From a phage, in the NCBI GenBank assembly GCA_011967385.1, contig GCA_011967385.1_4516.1: 27,389 nt of DNA; one strand, 5' to 3'. A program made the position numbers and the translations under genes. Position 1 is the stretch's first letter, and each line of letters begins with the position of its first letter. The notes below the pieces were generated by a model. It did no database searches, had not been told where the DNA came from, and worked only from the letters and a program-made list of their open reading frames with translations. This document shows positions 25,771-27,389 of the stretch, piece by piece.

Positions 25771-26670
25771 TTATTCCTCGATTACGACATCTTCGTATTT
25801 AGGTATATTATACGGCGAAGAAATTAAAGCATTAAAGTAGATGAACTCACCAAGACCTGGATGGAATACTTCTTCAGGATTTTCGAAATATTGAATCTTC
25901 GGACGTCCTTTAAGAATTTGATAGTACTCAGTTTTAGTTGGATTAAAAATTCGAATCAGCGCTTCTTCAGGATACTTATTTCTGTCGAAACTATTATTTG
26001 GATCGGTTATATAAAGTGGTTGACCTAATTGAATTGCGCATTCAACCACTTGTTCAAAACGATAGCATGGGTCACTAATTCGAAATGGATGAAAAATACC
26101 ATCTAGATGAATAGGAGCCAAATCACCTACAAGACGCTGCATGACGGAAGGACGTATAACTTTCTGCGTTACGATAATCTTATTACCATCTGCACCTGCG
26201 TTAACCAGCACTTCTTTTTGACGTTCATTCAACACAGTAGTTTGAAGTGAACGATTAACCGACAACATGTCGGTTTTTAAGAATTCATCAATATAAAAAC
26301 GTGGTTTATTAGGGTCTGCAGTGATATTGAAATTGAATTCTACATCAAAAGCGCCATCATATCCAGTGATATCTGTGATTAGAAAATCACAATCATAATA
26401 AGCAATTAATGAATCAACCACAAATTCATTTTCAGACCAGAAATATTTACGAGTGTTATACGCGTTATCTTTATACCATAATGGAACAAACTTAAATTCC
26501 GGGAAAAGACGTTCACATTCTTTAATATCAGATGCATTACGTGGATATGTAATCACATCACCCGGATTAGCACGGTGCAAATGAAGTTGGAAGTTGCCAT
26601 CCTTAAGGATAGCATACTGTCCAGTTTCATAAGACCGCATACTCAAGATTGGTACGCGGAAAATAGCCAT
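25771..26670 (-). CDS. Orphan protein, 299 aa, no motif recognised; occupies the position of beta-glucosyltransferase in T4
   Basis: ORF track; ATG overlaps the stop of the upstream gene (TAATG). Confidence 0.6.
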   Translation of the reverse strand: MAIFRVPILSMRSYETGQYAILKDGNFQLHLHRANPGDVITYPRNASDIKECERLFPEFKFVPLWYKDNAYNTRKYFWSENEFVVDSLIAYYDCDFLITDITGYDGAFDVEFNFNITADPNKPRFYIDEFLKTDMLSVNRSLQTTVLNERQKEVLVNAGADGNKIIVTQKVIRPSVMQRLVGDLAPIHLDGIFHPFRISDPCYRFEQVVECAIQLGQPLYITDPNNSFDRNKYPEEALIRIFNPTKTEYYQILKGRPKIQYFENPEEVFHPGLGEFIYFNALISSPYNIPKYEDVVIEE

Positions 26671-27389
26671 TAGTCAAGGAATCCTTTAACATAATCAAAA
26701 TCACGTTCAAACACATGGGCACTTACCATGGTATGAGTATAATCACCAACTTCTACACCGCATTCGTTAGCGATATAATGAAGTAATTTTCCTTGGAGAT
26801 AAAAATCCAACTGCATAACAACAGCACAGTTCTGAGAACGCATATGGCAGTGTGTATAAAGCTTACCATCACGAATATAATAAGTAACTGAGTCAGTACA
26901 TGGATATTCAAGCGTTTCGTCTGAATCAAGCAAAGCCTGATCAGAACTTTCTAGAATTTGGAACACAACTCTTCGGGAGTTAGGCTTCTCTTTAAGTTCT
27001 TTTAGAAGAGCTGGTAATTGGGCCGCAATGCGAGGACCATAGAAAGTGTTGAAGTTCGCCGGCAAAACATCTGATTTTGGTTTAGAAATAAATTTAGCGA
27101 CATTAGGATATGCCTTAAACGCTTCTTCTGCGTTGGTACCACCAGAAATCATAAACTTCCAGAAGTCTTCGGCATATTCATAAGAGATGCGGTTAATACG
27201 TGGATCGGTCATTTTGAATGATGATGGAGTGTCAACAACTACTGTCATAGACCCAATTTCATTACAACGTCCAATACGAGAATCAGTTACGAATTCCGGG
27301 TTTTCTAAAATTTCACGATTGACTGCTTTAAATGCGGTTTGAAAATCTGCGGCTTTGATATATTTCATTGTGTTATGTTTTCCCATGTT
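26670..27389 (-). CDS. Thymidylate synthase / dCMP hydroxymethylase family enzyme, partial (N-terminus beyond the window end); gene 42 position
   Basis: NSRRVVFQ, active-site region PCTDSVTYYIRDGKLY...HMRSQNCAVVMQLDF and HVFERDF align with TS-family motifs (catalytic Cys, RS.D); appears more divergent from recalled T4 gp42 than its neighbours are from their T4 orthologs. Confidence 0.7.
   Translation of the reverse strand, partial: NMGKHNTMKYIKAADFQTAFKAVNREILENPEFVTDSRIGRCNEIGSMTVVVDTPSSFKMTDPRINRISYEYAEDFWKFMISGGTNAEEAFKAYPNVAKFISKPKSDVLPANFNTFYGPRIAAQLPALLKELKEKPNSRRVVFQILESSDQALLDSDETLEYPCTDSVTYYIRDGKLYTHCHMRSQNCAVVMQLDFYLQGKLLHYIANECGVEVGDYTHTMVSAHVFERDFDYVKGFLD

Noticed and set aside
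1-27389. tRNA genes, CRISPR arrays, group I introns, inteins and homing endonucleases
   Set aside because: No cloverleaf-compatible segments, no regularly spaced direct repeats, and no GIY-YIG, HNH or LAGLIDADG motifs in any ORF. Core genes other than uvsX are uninterrupted.

Overview
The window is a contiguous piece of the early-gene region of a T4-like (Tevenvirinae-type) myovirus. Almost every gene is on the minus strand and tightly packed, often with overlapping stop/start codons. All protein comparisons to T4 are from my memory of the T4 sequences; no search was run. Reading in the direction of transcription (high to low coordinates): a thymidylate-synthase/dCMP-hydroxymethylase family gene (gene 42 position, N-terminus off the window edge), a 299-aa orphan and a 182-aa P-loop kinase-like gene where T4 has beta-gt, a uvsX homolog that lacks its 5' end, 40, 41 helicase, a plastic block containing dmd, spackle and small envelope proteins, 61 primase, 56 dCTPase, soc, small ORFs, a Mod-type ADP-ribosyltransferase, srd-like, dda, dexA, three tandem paralogs, further small early genes, a continuous (39+60 fused) topoisomerase gene, a GT-B glycosyltransferase, rIIA.1-like, rIIA and rIIB. 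Many sigma70/T4-early-type promoters and five UUCG-tetraloop hairpins punctuate the genes. The most notable features are the non-T4 cassette at the beta-gt locus, the abrupt 5' truncation of uvsX at its border, and the extra glycosyltransferase between 39 and rIIA.1, which together suggest a DNA-modification system different from T4 glucosyl-hmC. Coordinates of promoters and hairpins are read by eye and may be off by 1-2 nt. No tRNA, rRNA, CRISPR array, intron or homing endonuclease was recognised.
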